From Camelus ferus (lineage: Eukaryota), in contig NC_045707.1 in NCBI RefSeq assembly GCF_009834535.1, positions 53,818,001 through 53,882,000 of the forward strand: a stretch of DNA of 64,000 bases. Reading direction: 5' to 3'. Shown here piece after piece: positions 12,067-24,229 of the stretch (within the stretch, counting starts at the first letter, position 1; every line of letters starts with the position of its first letter). Both the position numbers and the translations under genes were made by a program. The notes beneath the pieces are model-generated. The model saw nothing but the letters and a program-made list of their open reading frames with translations. It had not been told where the DNA came from and searched no databases.

Positions 12067-14310
12067 CTGAGTAAAATCAAAAACCACATGTTTACGATAT
12101 AATCACATATCATATACTGTAACCTAAAGATTTAAGATTAATCTCAAAAAAATTTTGTCTTAGAAATTTATTCTCTTTCCTATGTTTTATCCTCCCTAAA
12201 ATAATATTTAGGAAAAAATAATTATAGTTTAATTTTAGGTTAACAGGATAAAATAATAGAAGCACTTTTAAGAAAATAAGCACATGATTTTATGTTAAGA
12301 GAGCTACTGATGATTTGAAATAGTTTAATCTCTGTATCTAAATATTAAAAAATGATTATATTATATAATAGATATTTTATCATGTATCCTGGTTAATTTT
12401 TACCAGCAATAGTTTACATATATAGAATATATGCATATTGATATTTTTAAAAACAATATCAATATAATGAAAAGGTAAGTACAAGGGACGTTTTCAAGAC
12501 AAGACCAAAAATAAATGCTCATTGATAATTTTAGACTAAGAAAGACACTGAGATTAATTTAAGATGCTGTTTTACAAAACACAATTTAAAAGATTTGTTT
12601 TTATACTTTAAACAAGAAATTAGAATTATGTGCATTTAGCAATTTTATCACAGTCTATTAAAGAAATTGTTTAAGCAAAAGTGGAGTTGTCCATCAATAC
12701 GTGTACTATAATGTTGAAAATGGATTTCTCATTTTTTTTAGAATATTCTTTCCAGTTTCCACTGATGAATGTTTTACAGAGACGAAAAACTGATGAAATA
12801 CTATAAGATAATAGAAATAAAGTTATAGACCACTGCAAGAAGATGAGTTAATTCATCCTCGCTGACCTATAGATTGTAAAACAAAGCAGAAGTTAAAATG
12901 ACTCTTTCTTCCTTGCACTACACCCTCTGATTAAAAAAAAGTGTCACTTTTGTTAAATTGTACCTAAGAACTAAATTATACCAGAGATGTTCTTCTATTT
13001 CTTAGAGGCACCATCTATTTTTCAAAAGGAAAGACTATTCCTTTAACCATGTATGAAAAATGTATACAAAAAAATCCCCATACATGTTGGCTTATAACAG
13101 CAAGAAGTTTCAATAGTTAATAAACACTGTATTTAATAAATAATCAGTTCTTTTCATATACTCTAAGTATACCTTCAACCTTATGTGACTATTAGATAAA
13201 ATCATAATTGTGGAAAATTCGGTATTTATCTCATCAAAACATTTGCAAAATTTAGAAGTTCAAGATCTTTTTCTAATGATCAAAAGAGATGAAATTTTAT
13301 GTTAAATAACATTTATAGTTTCCTGCTAGATTTGATTTCATAATTTAAATAAAATCATAGCAGGAGTTTCAATTAAGCATTTCAGTGTCACCTTTACAAG
13401 CTATAGCAGTATAAAGCAGGTTAAATGACTTTTGCTGCATCTCTCTTCTGTTTCTTTTTCACTTTGATGTGATCACTCAATTATTTTTCAAACATTAATT
13501 GGAGCATATTACAGTCATTATAATATTTCATGTTACTCTTCTAAGTTTAAATCTTATTGTCAAGGTGAGCTATTGATAAATGTTTAGCAATGTATGGCTT
13601 CTTCTTAATTATCACATGCAAAATACTCTACAGGTAAATAACTTTTATTAATATAAGAATGATAATTATATTCTGAATCAACTTAAATGCCATGCAAGAA
13701 AACAAATTAATAGTATGTTTATTTGCCACAGAGAAAGGTTATATAAAACGTATTCTTTAAAAGGATTTGGGATTTTTTTTTTTGTATTTTTCTGGAAAAA
13801 ATTTCCTACAAATAACACTTTATTCATTAAACATCAGTTTTCGCTTTATTATCTTAATACGCACATAGTTAAAAAAATAATTTGGGGGAGGGAGAAGCCA
13901 CTGCAGCCTAAGAGAATCAATGAGGATGAGATAAAATATTTCAAATGGAATCACTTTTAATTATGGGCTTGCATTTTGACAGGCACCACATCTGTACTTG
14001 TTAAATAATGACCAGCCTAATTTAAGTTTTACATGTTTTTTTTTCTTTAGTGCTTATATTGCAAATGGGAACATAAAGTGTTTCATTGAAATCCCTTTTA
14101 TTACTTCACAGATTTAGAAAGGAAAAAGAAATCTTTTAGTGCTTATGATCATAAAGACAGAGAAAGAAAATATCCAGTTGCTATCACTAAAAAGCAAACC
14201 CAGAATAAGGGAGAAATTCTTTTCCCTGGATACGTTCATGTAAGTAGCAACACACTGCAGAAATGAAAAAAGAAATCACTTCAGGGAGTTGTGAAATGAG
14301 CTGAGCTTAC

Positions 14311-14383
14311 CTGAGCACAGACTCCAGGAGCTGAAAGCCAGAAGGATCATGCACACCAGCTGAATTTTCATTCCTGCCATCAT
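14311..14383 (-). CDS. NTS: Neurotensin/neuromedin N precursor, coding exon 1 (signal peptide MMAGMKIQLVCMILLAFSSWSLCS)
   Basis: Reverse complement reads gagATGATGGCAGGAATGAAAATTCAG...TGCTCAG|gtaag. 73 nt, phase-1 GT donor, hydrophobic signal peptide matching known mammalian pre-pro-NT/NN. Confidence 0.97.
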
Positions 14384-14514
14384 CTCCTTGAGCTTTCTAG
14401 CAAGCCAAGTTCATAAACGCCAGAGACAGGCTGAAGGGGGCTCTCTAGCACTGCCTCCTGCCTTCAGCTGACTTTGGAAGTGACTGAGCTGTGAGAGATG
14501 CTTTGACCATGCCC

Positions 14515-14530
14515 TATATATACATATATA
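14515..14530 (-). promoter_or_regulatory. NTS TATA box (TATATATGTATATATAGGG)
   Basis: TA-rich block ~130-145 nt upstream of the ATG and directly downstream of the TGACATCA element. Implies a TSS near 14490. Confidence 0.8.
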
Positions 14531-14539
14531 TGCAGGGGA

Positions 14540-14547
14540 TGATGTCA
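14540..14547 (-). promoter_or_regulatory. Proximal CRE/AP-1-like element TGACATCA of the NT/N promoter
   Basis: tgatgtca on + strand, just upstream of the TATA box. Same motif and position as described for rat and human NT/N promoters. Confidence 0.8.
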
Positions 14548-14674
14548 CGAGTACACAGGGATTATCTCTTCAGGATGTGCCCTTCATCTCCATCCCCCCT
14601 TCCTCTCCCCACTTCCTCCTCCCCTTCTTCTTTACCCCTCACTCTCTCCCCCACTTCTGAACCTCCAGTGAAAG

Positions 14675-14731
14675 TGACATCTTCTCTAATTGCCCCTGCA
14701 GCTCCGGATTTCTGACGCACAGCAGGAGTCA
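14675..14731. promoter_or_regulatory. Distal NTS promoter bZIP-type motifs: TGACATC (14675), TGACGCA (14713), GGAGTCA (14725)
   Basis: Three CRE/AP-1-like motifs within ~60 bp, roughly 185-240 nt upstream of the inferred TSS. Confidence 0.5.
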
Positions 14732-16083
14732 TTCAAAAGCAATTCCATATACAGCATACTGAAAAAGAACTTCCAGGACTCCTCTTTCCCCATTTCCTCT
14801 CATTCTCTGACTTCTAAGAAGTTGGCATTTTGATTTTCTGAAGCATGAGATCTGTTATTTCTAATATAAGTAAAATCTCCAGAATGGTTGCCTGAGATCA
14901 GTAATTCTTTAGATTTGGATGTTCTTAGAGAGTTAGGATTCTTTTCTGATAACCCACACTTTTGAACAAGTGTTTTGTGGTCTAGGGACTAATATAGGTC
15001 TTAGATAATATATGCTAGAAGAAGAAAGAAGTGGAAGATAAACAGAGAATTAGTTATAATATCAGGTTAAGCAAAAGAATTTAGAGAAAGGAAAGAAAAT
15101 CAGTATTAGAAAAAAAGAGGCTGCTAGCTGTAAGGAACAGAGTATTATTTCTAAACAAATTGACAAGTCTTTATTTTAAGTCACTGGAAAGATGACTGAA
15201 TTATGTATGCTTACTTATGGCTGAATGCCTTAGAAAAACAATTTCACGTTTACGAGATCCAACAGTAAATCATTTATCTGTTAGCAGGTGGAAATCTGTA
15301 CTGTTGTACCAGTGATTGCTGTTTTCTGGTACTTTCCCTTTTTGCTGTCTGCACTGCTCTGCTCCTTTTAGATTCATTCTTGATGCTGTATCCTATTCCG
15401 TCTATAATCCCGGTCTCACTGATTTTCACCATTGCATCAGATTTCTTCCCCTATGATAGTCATAAAGATGAGACTGTACTTCTGGAAAGGGGACAGTCCT
15501 AAATAACCGCCATCCACATTTCTAAGACAGTGTCTGCACATATTTCATAAGTTACTATGATACTCATTCCCTCTTGGGGTTCTCAGAACAAATTTGCTCA
15601 AAATGTCTTTTAGAGTAAAATTTTCTTCTTGGATTAAGTATTTCAGGACACATGGAGTGATCTGAAAAGAGTTTGCTGTTAGAAATGTGAATATTTGAAG
15701 GTAAAGGTGGCTGAGAATTGTTCACTTCTTAAATATATCAATCGTACCATACAATTGATAAAAGAAATCTAAATTGATTTCTACAGAGAGTTAACTTGTA
15801 TTCCATAGTACATGCCTATGGAATTGACTTCTCGATTTTACCCTAAACCTAAGAAGAGGAACTAATTCCAAAACTTTCATAATAATTTAAAACAGCAAGG
15901 ACTCATTCATGTGATTTAAAGTTTAGGAATTTAACAATGGATGATATTTTTACTACTTTTAGCTTGTTTTATAGACTTACATACAACACAACATTGAACA
16001 CAACTCATCTGAGGAAAGTTTTATATATAAAGAATAATTAATTGGCATAGAAATGTGAACTATGTACACCAATATTTGTTTTC

Positions 16084-16102
16084 TTGCCGCTAGGTGGCGC
16101 GA
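16084..16102 (+). promoter_or_regulatory. CTCF-binding motif (TTGCCGCTAGGTGGCGCGA)
   Basis: Close match to the CTCF core CC(A/G)C-AG(G/A)(G/T)GGCGC. Three intact CpGs in otherwise AT-rich, CpG-poor DNA. Confidence 0.7.
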
Positions 16103-17552
16103 TAGTTTGAAAGGCTTTTAATTTTCGCTTCACGTTGAAATCACTTCAGAATTCTGAGCATTATGTTTACTTCTTTCTATCAGAGCATCTTTGTGCCAGA
16201 ATCTTTTTAAAGCCACTTTAATGAAGAAATCAAGAAATTATATATTCTTTGCATGACATTTAAATTAGTTGTTTTATGAGCTTTTGAGGTGCAAATATAA
16301 AGAATAATCTTTTTAAATGTGTAATAGCAGCCTCATAATAAAAAGGGAGTGTGATTTCTATTTTCCTCAGCTGATTTCTTTAATATATGAAGGTCAGGGA
16401 AAAGTTGACAAAATTAATTCCTAATTAATTAGAAAAATAGGAGAGAAAGAATAGTGGGAATTCATTTTAAATATATCACTTTAACATTAGCTCTCAATGT
16501 AGGAATTGTTTTAAATATGATAAATCTGAAAGAACTGGAGGGAATGTGGTAACAAATGTCAAATGATTCAAAATCAGATACCTGCTATACACTATTTTTC
16601 TTTTGGGGGTGAAAGAAGATGCGTAATTTTGTGATAAAATTATGATAAATAAACTTTATCTGACTTCTAAGTGGTATTTTTAAAAATATCTGTTAGCCCT
16701 CTGCTTTTCAGTCCCAAAGCTTTCAAGCTATAGAAAATCCAATTAAACAATTTGTTTTGAGGGTGAACTGTGTGTGGATAATTGTCTTTAAAAAAATATT
16801 TTAGGAATTACCCTCACAATGCCATTATTGCAGTATTTTAGGTACCTTTCTAGGGAGATGGGAGAACCATTTTCATTCTGAAGTCTTTATGCCTAAAATC
16901 CTTTTAATTCTACCTTAGCTCTTAAAATACGAAGGAAGAAGTTGAACATTACCCTTGGATAATCTTCAGGTGTTGGCCTTCCAGCTTGAGGTCACCATGG
17001 AGTGGCTAACTCTAAATAGCTTTTATCTACTTATGTATCTAAATAGGTTTATTGGGGTGTCTGTAGATTGTAACATCTTTACCATAAGTAGATTGAGAGC
17101 GTCTACTCTGACTGAAGTCAGACCTTTCTTAGTTAATTACTTATAGTAATCAACAATGCTGCCTGAAAGACTGGCAATGGAAAAGAGTGGTCTGTAAACA
17201 TAATTCATTTGGAGATGGCAAAGCTCAGGGACTATTAAAGAAATAGTGTTTCTTCAATTCCAGATGATTTCTTCCTGTATCTTTGGAGGCTCCATCAACC
17301 CGTTTACATACAGCTTCCTGGGTTCTCCAACCTTTTTATACTTTAATACCCAAAACTTACCCCATGGTGTTTCTGCCACCTGGAATCTGCAGCCCACCTT
17401 CTCTTTGACCTATCTCTCACTTTCTGACATCATCTTTCATTTTTAACTGACTGTATATTTGGCCTCATCAAAGTAAACATTTCCAAGTTTGAATCCTGAA
17501 AGTCTCACCTACTTCTACTCTTCCCAGTTTCTGCTACCCATTTGTGATGAAA

Positions 17553-18090
17553 TGAAGAGGAGCAGAATTTGACACTCCCAAATATGCCTCTTTGTCATAC
17601 TGACTATTCTGAGCTGACTATTTTTAAGACACAGTTAAGGCAAGAGAAGCTCTGAAAACTGAGCAGACGTTACCCCTTTTAAAGGGACATTTACATTAAG
17701 AAGGGACATCGCCATTTGTAGGGGCATCTCTCTATATACACAGTACCTGGAAGAGAGGGATGACTAACCCTCTGGAAACTCTCAATGCAGAAGGCATGGA
17801 CGGCAAAACAATCGTATCTTGGCTTACTGTGCTTTGCCTGATAATCTTCCATTAACAGATATTCCTCCAACCCCCTCCCCATCAGCTTTCTTTTGTCTTT
17901 AGCTGAAGATAATATTTCGGGTGGTGGTTTGGACCGTTTTGGGGAGCTGGTCAGTTTTCCTGGGTATCTCCCATGGGTACAGGAGATGTATATGTTTGTA
18001 ACTGTTAATCAGTTACTAAGGTGGGGAGGGTGGGATGTCTCAACCAAGACCACAGAAGAGTAAACGGAAAATTCTTTTTCCTCTCCTACA
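17553..18090 (+). mobile_element. Solo ERV1 LTR, MER34-like
   Basis: TG...CA ends. Begins tgaagaggagcagaatttgacactcccaaatatgcctctttg and ends ttttcctctcctaca. Confidence 0.7.
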
Positions 18091-19429
18091 ACTGTAAACT
18101 TCTAGAGGAAAGGATGCTCCCATCAGTGTATATACTGTTCTTCCAAGGCTTACAATTCATATGTACTCAATACATATTCACTAAGTTGAACTGAAATACT
18201 GATTATTTTAAATTTCTAACATGTTTTTCCATGTTTCCATCTGTAACATTCCTCCCCCCCCCAATTTCTACTTTAATTTCAATTATTGAAAATTCCTTTG
18301 TTACCATTAATCTTAACGTTTGATGTGAGCCTTTAACTAAGTCAGTTTTCTCAGAATTTCCTCTAGTCATTCTTTTCTTCCCTGACTGGGAAAGTCAACT
18401 TTAAAAATGTATTTATGAAAAGCATCTCGGATCACGTGTGTTCATCAATTGAGGGCTTAGGATAATTTGCCGGTTTACTCTATTCCTCTCAGTGAGTCTC
18501 TGGTTTGGAACTGTAACTCTGACTCATCTGAACAAACAATGATGCCAGTCTCTTTGTAAACTCAATTGATTTTTCTGTTCAATTAAGGTCCATTTTCTAG
18601 ACATACAAACAATTATGTGCATGCACAGACCCACACCTCCATGCACTATCTTACACACAAAATGCATATAATCCAATCCTTGAAGACTTAGGTAAATGTA
18701 AACCAAATGTCCAGTTTTCCAAACTATGTGTAACCATGCTTTGCTCATAATCTCTATAAATTCCCAGCTCATTTCCCTTTGGCTCTTCCTGTCTCTGCTC
18801 CTGAATCTTTATAGGTAATTAACGTGGAAAAATTGTTGATGGATTTCTGTAGTCAAAGCATATTTTGCAGCTTACACTCCAACGATAACATAAGCTTTGC
18901 CTGGGATTCGTACGTTAATGAGTTGCCATATTTAACTAAGGATGCTACACATTGTAGTTACTGCTGATCCCACTTATAATCTTGTTTCTCATATCAAAGA
19001 AAATATTAATATGGCCACAAAATCACCACCCACCACTATGTGTAAAGCTCAAGTAATTGTCTTCCTAAGCCTCCTTTTTGGAGGCAATGCGAAATGAAAG
19101 CATTACAGGAAAAAAACTGTTCCTAACAATTCTGTTCTTTTATTTTTGTTAGTTTCGCAAATTAGAGTTTAATTATTTAGACTGAAAAAATGAGATGAGT
19201 TCTCATTGAAAGAAAAGTTTCCCCCTCTTTTTTTGGTTACAAAATCTAAGCAAATTTCTGTAATACCCAAAGCAGAACAAACGTACCCGAGTTACCATTA
19301 CCAGAGCAGAGTCAGGGAAACTCTTTTTCTTTCTTTACCTTAAGAAGATATTAGATGCTGAATTTGGAACATAATTGTTTATATTGGTTTATATTATTAG
19401 TACTCCTTGGTCTTATTATTTTCTTCAGT

Positions 19430-21210
19430 TTAGATTCTTTCCCTGGTGATCTCATTAAATCTCAGGGCTGTGAATACTGTCTATTCCCTAATAACCCCCC
19501 AATTTGCATGTCTGACTACCCACGGTCTGTATCCAATCACATCCTCAGCAGCTCTACTTGGAGGATCATTAGGTAAACTTACTGTCCAAAATAAAACTTT
19601 TTTTTTTTTTTTGAGGTAAGGAGAGACTTTTTTTTTAACAAAACAATTATTGCAGTGAGGGGAGGAGGACTGTTATAATAGGGATAATAGTACATAGATG
19701 ATAAGATCTGCAAGCATCTCCGAGACCAGTAACTTTATTACAGTGCGCGAGGTGCTGTAAAAGCACCTGCATAAGAAAGAGGCCTGGGACAGAGATGACG
19801 GGGTGGTTAATTCAGCAGCAAGAGAAAGGTACAGAGTGACCGGAACAGGTGAATTTGGTCTTGAAAAGCAAGATTTCATCCTCAGAGTTAATTGCGGCTA
19901 ACATTTACTTATTGAGGGCTTACCACGTGTCCATTACGCTAATTGCTTTTCCTGCAAGATCTCATTTATTCCTCACCAGACTCTGAGTTGGGTATCAATA
20001 CGTGTCTGCTGAATTTTGGTTAAAGAGTCTTCCAAGTACAGCTCAAAGACACTGAGGCAGGAAGATGGCAGCTTTGGGAGCAGGCGGAGCAGCAGGTCGG
20101 AGGAAACGCGCTGTTTCCTTGTCAAGCTCTTTTTTAGCCAAGGCTTCCTGAGCTGTTGGCTCCAAACCAATCAGGGGCACACTGTTCATTCATTCGCGTG
20201 TCTATTCGAGTATCTTCTATGTGCCTGGCATTGTGCTAGTTGCCAAGGCTACAACTGGTGCGCGAGACAGCGTGATTCCTCCCATCCATCGTGGAGTGCA
20301 CATTCTGGTAGGGGAGACAGGTCAATCCCATCACAGTGTGATGAAGAGGGATGAGAGGCTGTCTAGAACAACTCCTGGTCTTGCAGGACGAGGAGGGCTT
20401 CCCTGGAGCTCAGGGTTGCTGAGCACCAACAGGGAGGCGCAGATGCTCGTGCCGTCGCCCTTCACAAAGGACACGTCCCCGCCCCCGACCCTCCGCGGAC
20501 CCGACAAGGACTCCGTGTCCTGGTCCAGGACAAGGACCTTCAGCCAGGCTTGCTGCCGTTTCCAGAGCAACAGGGTTCCTACCCACGGATGATGATGCCC
20601 TGAGCCTACAAAATAAAACTTTTGATTCCTTCAAACACCTTTCTAAAAATATCCTCCTCCCTTAGTGCTCTTTATTTCAGTTACTAGGACCATCATTCAC
20701 TGAATTGCACAGATCAAAAAACTAGAATTTTTTTTTCCCCTTCTCGCTCTACCACTTTCAAGCTATCAAAACTTTCCAGGGCGCAGGTCTGTGGCAAAAT
20801 ATATTCTGAGTACTTTTCCTTACTCCATTATCACCACCCAGGTCCTAGTCATCATCCCATTATCACCATCTACGTCCCAGGTCCAAGCTATCATCGCTCC
20901 CCTGAAATGCAGTGAGTCACTTCAACAGTATCCTACCAAAATCCCGATCCATTTCAATGTAGTCATCACACAGAGAAGTTTTGTTTTGGTTTGTTAATGT
21001 AAATCTATTCTTATTACTCTCTGTTTAAAACTCTCTGAAGTTCTCCTGTTATATTTAGAACAAATTCCTGATGGTATTATTATATTGTATTATCCTGAGT
21101 GGCCTTCCGCCTCCCTGCTGTCAGACCCTACCATTCTCCCCTTCTGTCTGTATATTGCAAGCACACTGGTCATCTGGCATCTCCCTAAACCTCCAAACTT
21201 TTCCTTCAGA
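19430..21210 (+). mobile_element. L2 remnant split by the 19587-20623 insertion
   Basis: ccctggtgatctcatt...tgtccaaaataaaactttt|gattcc...accatcattcactgaattgcacagatcaaaaaactag reads as continuous L2 once the insert and one TSD are removed. Confidence 0.65.
19587..20623 (-). mobile_element. L1-mediated retrocopy or transduced segment (~1.0 kb) with a 15-bp target-site duplication
   Basis: Identical caaaataaaactttt at 19587-19601 and 20609-20623. Poly(T)15 at 19598-19612. TC/AAAA endonuclease-type site on the minus strand. Interrupts an L2. Confidence 0.85.
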
Positions 21211-21259
21211 GATCTTTAATGAATGTTGTAATTAGGTGACTGTTCAGCTCATTCTCATA

Positions 21260-21685
21260 TACTCTGGTAGGAGGCAGGGAATATACTCATTCCCTGCCTC
21301 CTACCAGAGTGGATAGAACATACTTCCCTACTCTTTGACCATGGCTTCGGCCATGAGGCTTTCTTTAGCCAATGGGACGCTAGTAGACATAAGGAAAACA
21401 AGGACTTGCTATGAGTTTGCAGCGTGGGGCTTGCTGTCTTGCTCTTCTGCCATTGCCGAGAGAAGAAGTTTTCCTGGGTGGTCCCAAAATGAGAAGAAAC
21501 ATGAAGCAATTCCAAATCAGTTGACTTGCAAAACTTCAGGTGAAGCAAAGCCTCCTGAGTTTAAAGCAGGGTCATGCTGGCTGATTTACAGAGATATGAA
21601 GAGAATTAAATTATTTGTTTTAAGTAACTGTGTTTTAGGGTAGCCTGTTATGCAGCATTTTTGTGACCATGGTTGACTGATACAA
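21260..21685 (+). mobile_element. MaLR LTR (old MLT1 subfamily)
   Basis: ggccatgaggctttctttagccaatggg...ttgttttaagtaactgtgttttaggg...ttgactgataca terminus. Confidence 0.65.
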
Positions 21686-24229
21686 CTGTCTGTTTTAAAA
21701 CCTATCCCACTGCTACCTCATTCAATATCTATAGTCTTTATTTGTCCACTTACTTTTCTCTTTTGTAAATAAAATCAGGGATCTTTCTTTTGTCTTATTT
21801 CTTATATTCTCAGAACACAAATAATGTTTCTCCACAGTAGGGACTCAGTAAATATTGTTAATTGGATGATTTAATGAACAAGTGAAATTCCACGCACCCC
21901 CTCCCTGATGGTTTAAGGTAGCTGTCTCTTCTTCACCTCTCACAGAGATGTTTTCATTCTCCAATCTGTGAACAATGAAATCCAGGAAACAAATCTTTTT
22001 TGGAGAGATTTTTAGTCTAATGATGTGAGAAAACGCTTCCCTTCATGGGAGGCTTGAACATTATTTTTCATTGCAATTGACATTTTGTAAGTTATCATTA
22101 AGGAAAAGCTGGAGTATGGTGGTCCCAAAGGCACATACTGATGTTTCCAGTTTGGTGAGCCAATTGGTGCAGAAAGAATAAGGAAGGGCGTGCTGTTCCA
22201 GGCAGAGAGCTAGAGGCAACAACTTAGCATTCTGAGTCAGGAAACAGCCTCTGTAACCAATACCACAGGCCTCAGAGTAATCTAGAGATTAAACTTGAAA
22301 TTTATTTATTGAAAACCTACTCTATGACAGGCATTGTGCCAGGTTAATTTGATTTCATGTAACACACACATACTGTGAAGCAGGGTTCACAGAATGCTGT
22401 GATTCCCATTGTGTAGGTTAAAAAATAAACAAATAAAAAGAGCCCTAGAGAGTTGAAATAAGGATAATGGAACTTATTAAGCAGAGCTTGGATAGGACTG
22501 AACGAGGCTTTCATTTCTAAAGCAACAGCTAATCTTTGTAATATTAATACCGGATCCAAGTACAAGCCAAAGAAAATCTTGTATTAACATGCTGTAGAAA
22601 ACATTATGCCAAATCAAGGATAGGCTAATACGTTTAACCTAAAAGTACATTTGGTGAAAAGTCAGATCAGATTCTATTTTCAAATTGATTCTAATTCATC
22701 AATTTATCCTGTTTTCCTCCCTTTCCAGCTTTAGATGTGTTACATATATTTAATTAATAAACTTTTTTTTTTAACATCTCAGAATCATCCTTCTTATTAT
22801 AAAGACTATGTAGGACCTACAAGGCTCTGTATGTGTTAAATTGTTTTAACTGGGGTAGTAGATTAGAAAGGAGGAAGGAAGAATCAGGGATTTAAGTGCA
22901 GCTGCAGCCATGTTGAGTTGAAGTGAGTGACCTGAGAAGGAGAACACTTCCCACTTTGTACTCTGGGTGGAGGCACTTGTATGCATACAATGAAAATACC
23001 AGACAAGCACTGTTGGGGTACCAGGCCATATTTTAATGTCATCCTAATTCAGTAAGCCAAAGAATGCTGGAACTAAAAAGGGCTGTGTGGATCAATGAGT
23101 CTCGTGCTTTTATTTTATAGAGAAGGAGACACAGACCTAGTGCTCTAAGAGGGCTACAGATTTCCTCCTTCCAATTCTTCATCACATCGGTCCTCACTGC
23201 TCAGGGTCTAATCTCACTTCTTATCCCAGATGAAGATTATTCTTCAACATCAGTCAAGATATCTTGAGAAATTAATTTATCTTCTGTGAGTTTCTCTATT
23301 ATAGTACAGCATCCCCATAAGTTGGAAAAGCATCCAATGGGTATTAGTTGCTATAAAATGGACTTTTCTTTTGGAGAAGTCTCTCTCTCTCTCTTTTAAT
23401 TTCATTTTTTGACTTTTCCCTTTTATAGTATATTGCTTGTGGCATGACCAGGTTTTGTTGCTCTCTCTCAGTGAACACAAATCCCTTAGGTCCTAAATCA
23501 TGGGTTCTTTATGCGTATGATCTTTTGACCACCCTCCCACTTTAATGTGCAACACCGTATTATTATATACGTCCTCTCTGGTCCTGAAGTCAGACAAACA
23601 TAGTCATAAATCAGGTATCACTCAAATGCCCACAGGGATCAGGCCAGTAACATGTTATATTTAAGCCCCATTTAAGGAGGCCATCTGCTTGATACTGAGC
23701 TTCAGATGATTCTTCTCCATGTGGGGACACAGACCTCAAATCTCAGATTTTCCACTTTTTCAGCATTTTCCAGAAATTCAGGTTTTTATGGAAATGTCAC
23801 AATCTAAATATTTACTTCAATTTTCTTTTTTACAATACCAAGCAGACAAATTGAAATGTCTATGTCCAAGTTCAGCCTCAAGATCCACCATTCTTCTAGT
23901 CCCTGGTTTAAGTCCTATTCTGATAACTTTCTACCTTGTGGCTTTAGACTTTCTCAGGGCCTCCATTGTCATCTGTAAAATAAAAATAATAATCAATATG
24001 TAAAAGATGCTGTGCTTATATTACAAAGTGCATATGTAATAGGCACTCAATAAATCTTAGCTTGTGCATCTTATTATAAACTGCATACACTCTTTCCATT
24101 TATTCTTATTTCTCATCTTCTACCTTTCTACTTTATATTCACATATCTTAATCTTTTAAAAAAATCATTCCAGTTTTTTGCCTCTTTTGTTTGGATAGTA
24201 GTCCAATATATTACTTTTGTCCTCCTGTG

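Noticed and set aside
14328..14341. 14-mer gagctgaaagccag shared between NTS exon 1 and the RASSF9 5' UTR (42308-42321)
   Set aside because: Several 14-mer matches are expected by chance within 64 kb, and the similarity does not extend.
19673..20634. Several overlapping 65-123 aa ORFs in the retro-insert
   Set aside because: They occur on both strands in GC-rich sequence, overlap MIR/L2 remnants and resemble no protein I recognise, so it is not called a processed pseudogene of a named gene.
20826..20896. Imperfect tandem duplication (ccattatcacca...cccaggtcc...atcatc)
   Set aside because: Small local duplication within a decayed L2 with no sign of function.
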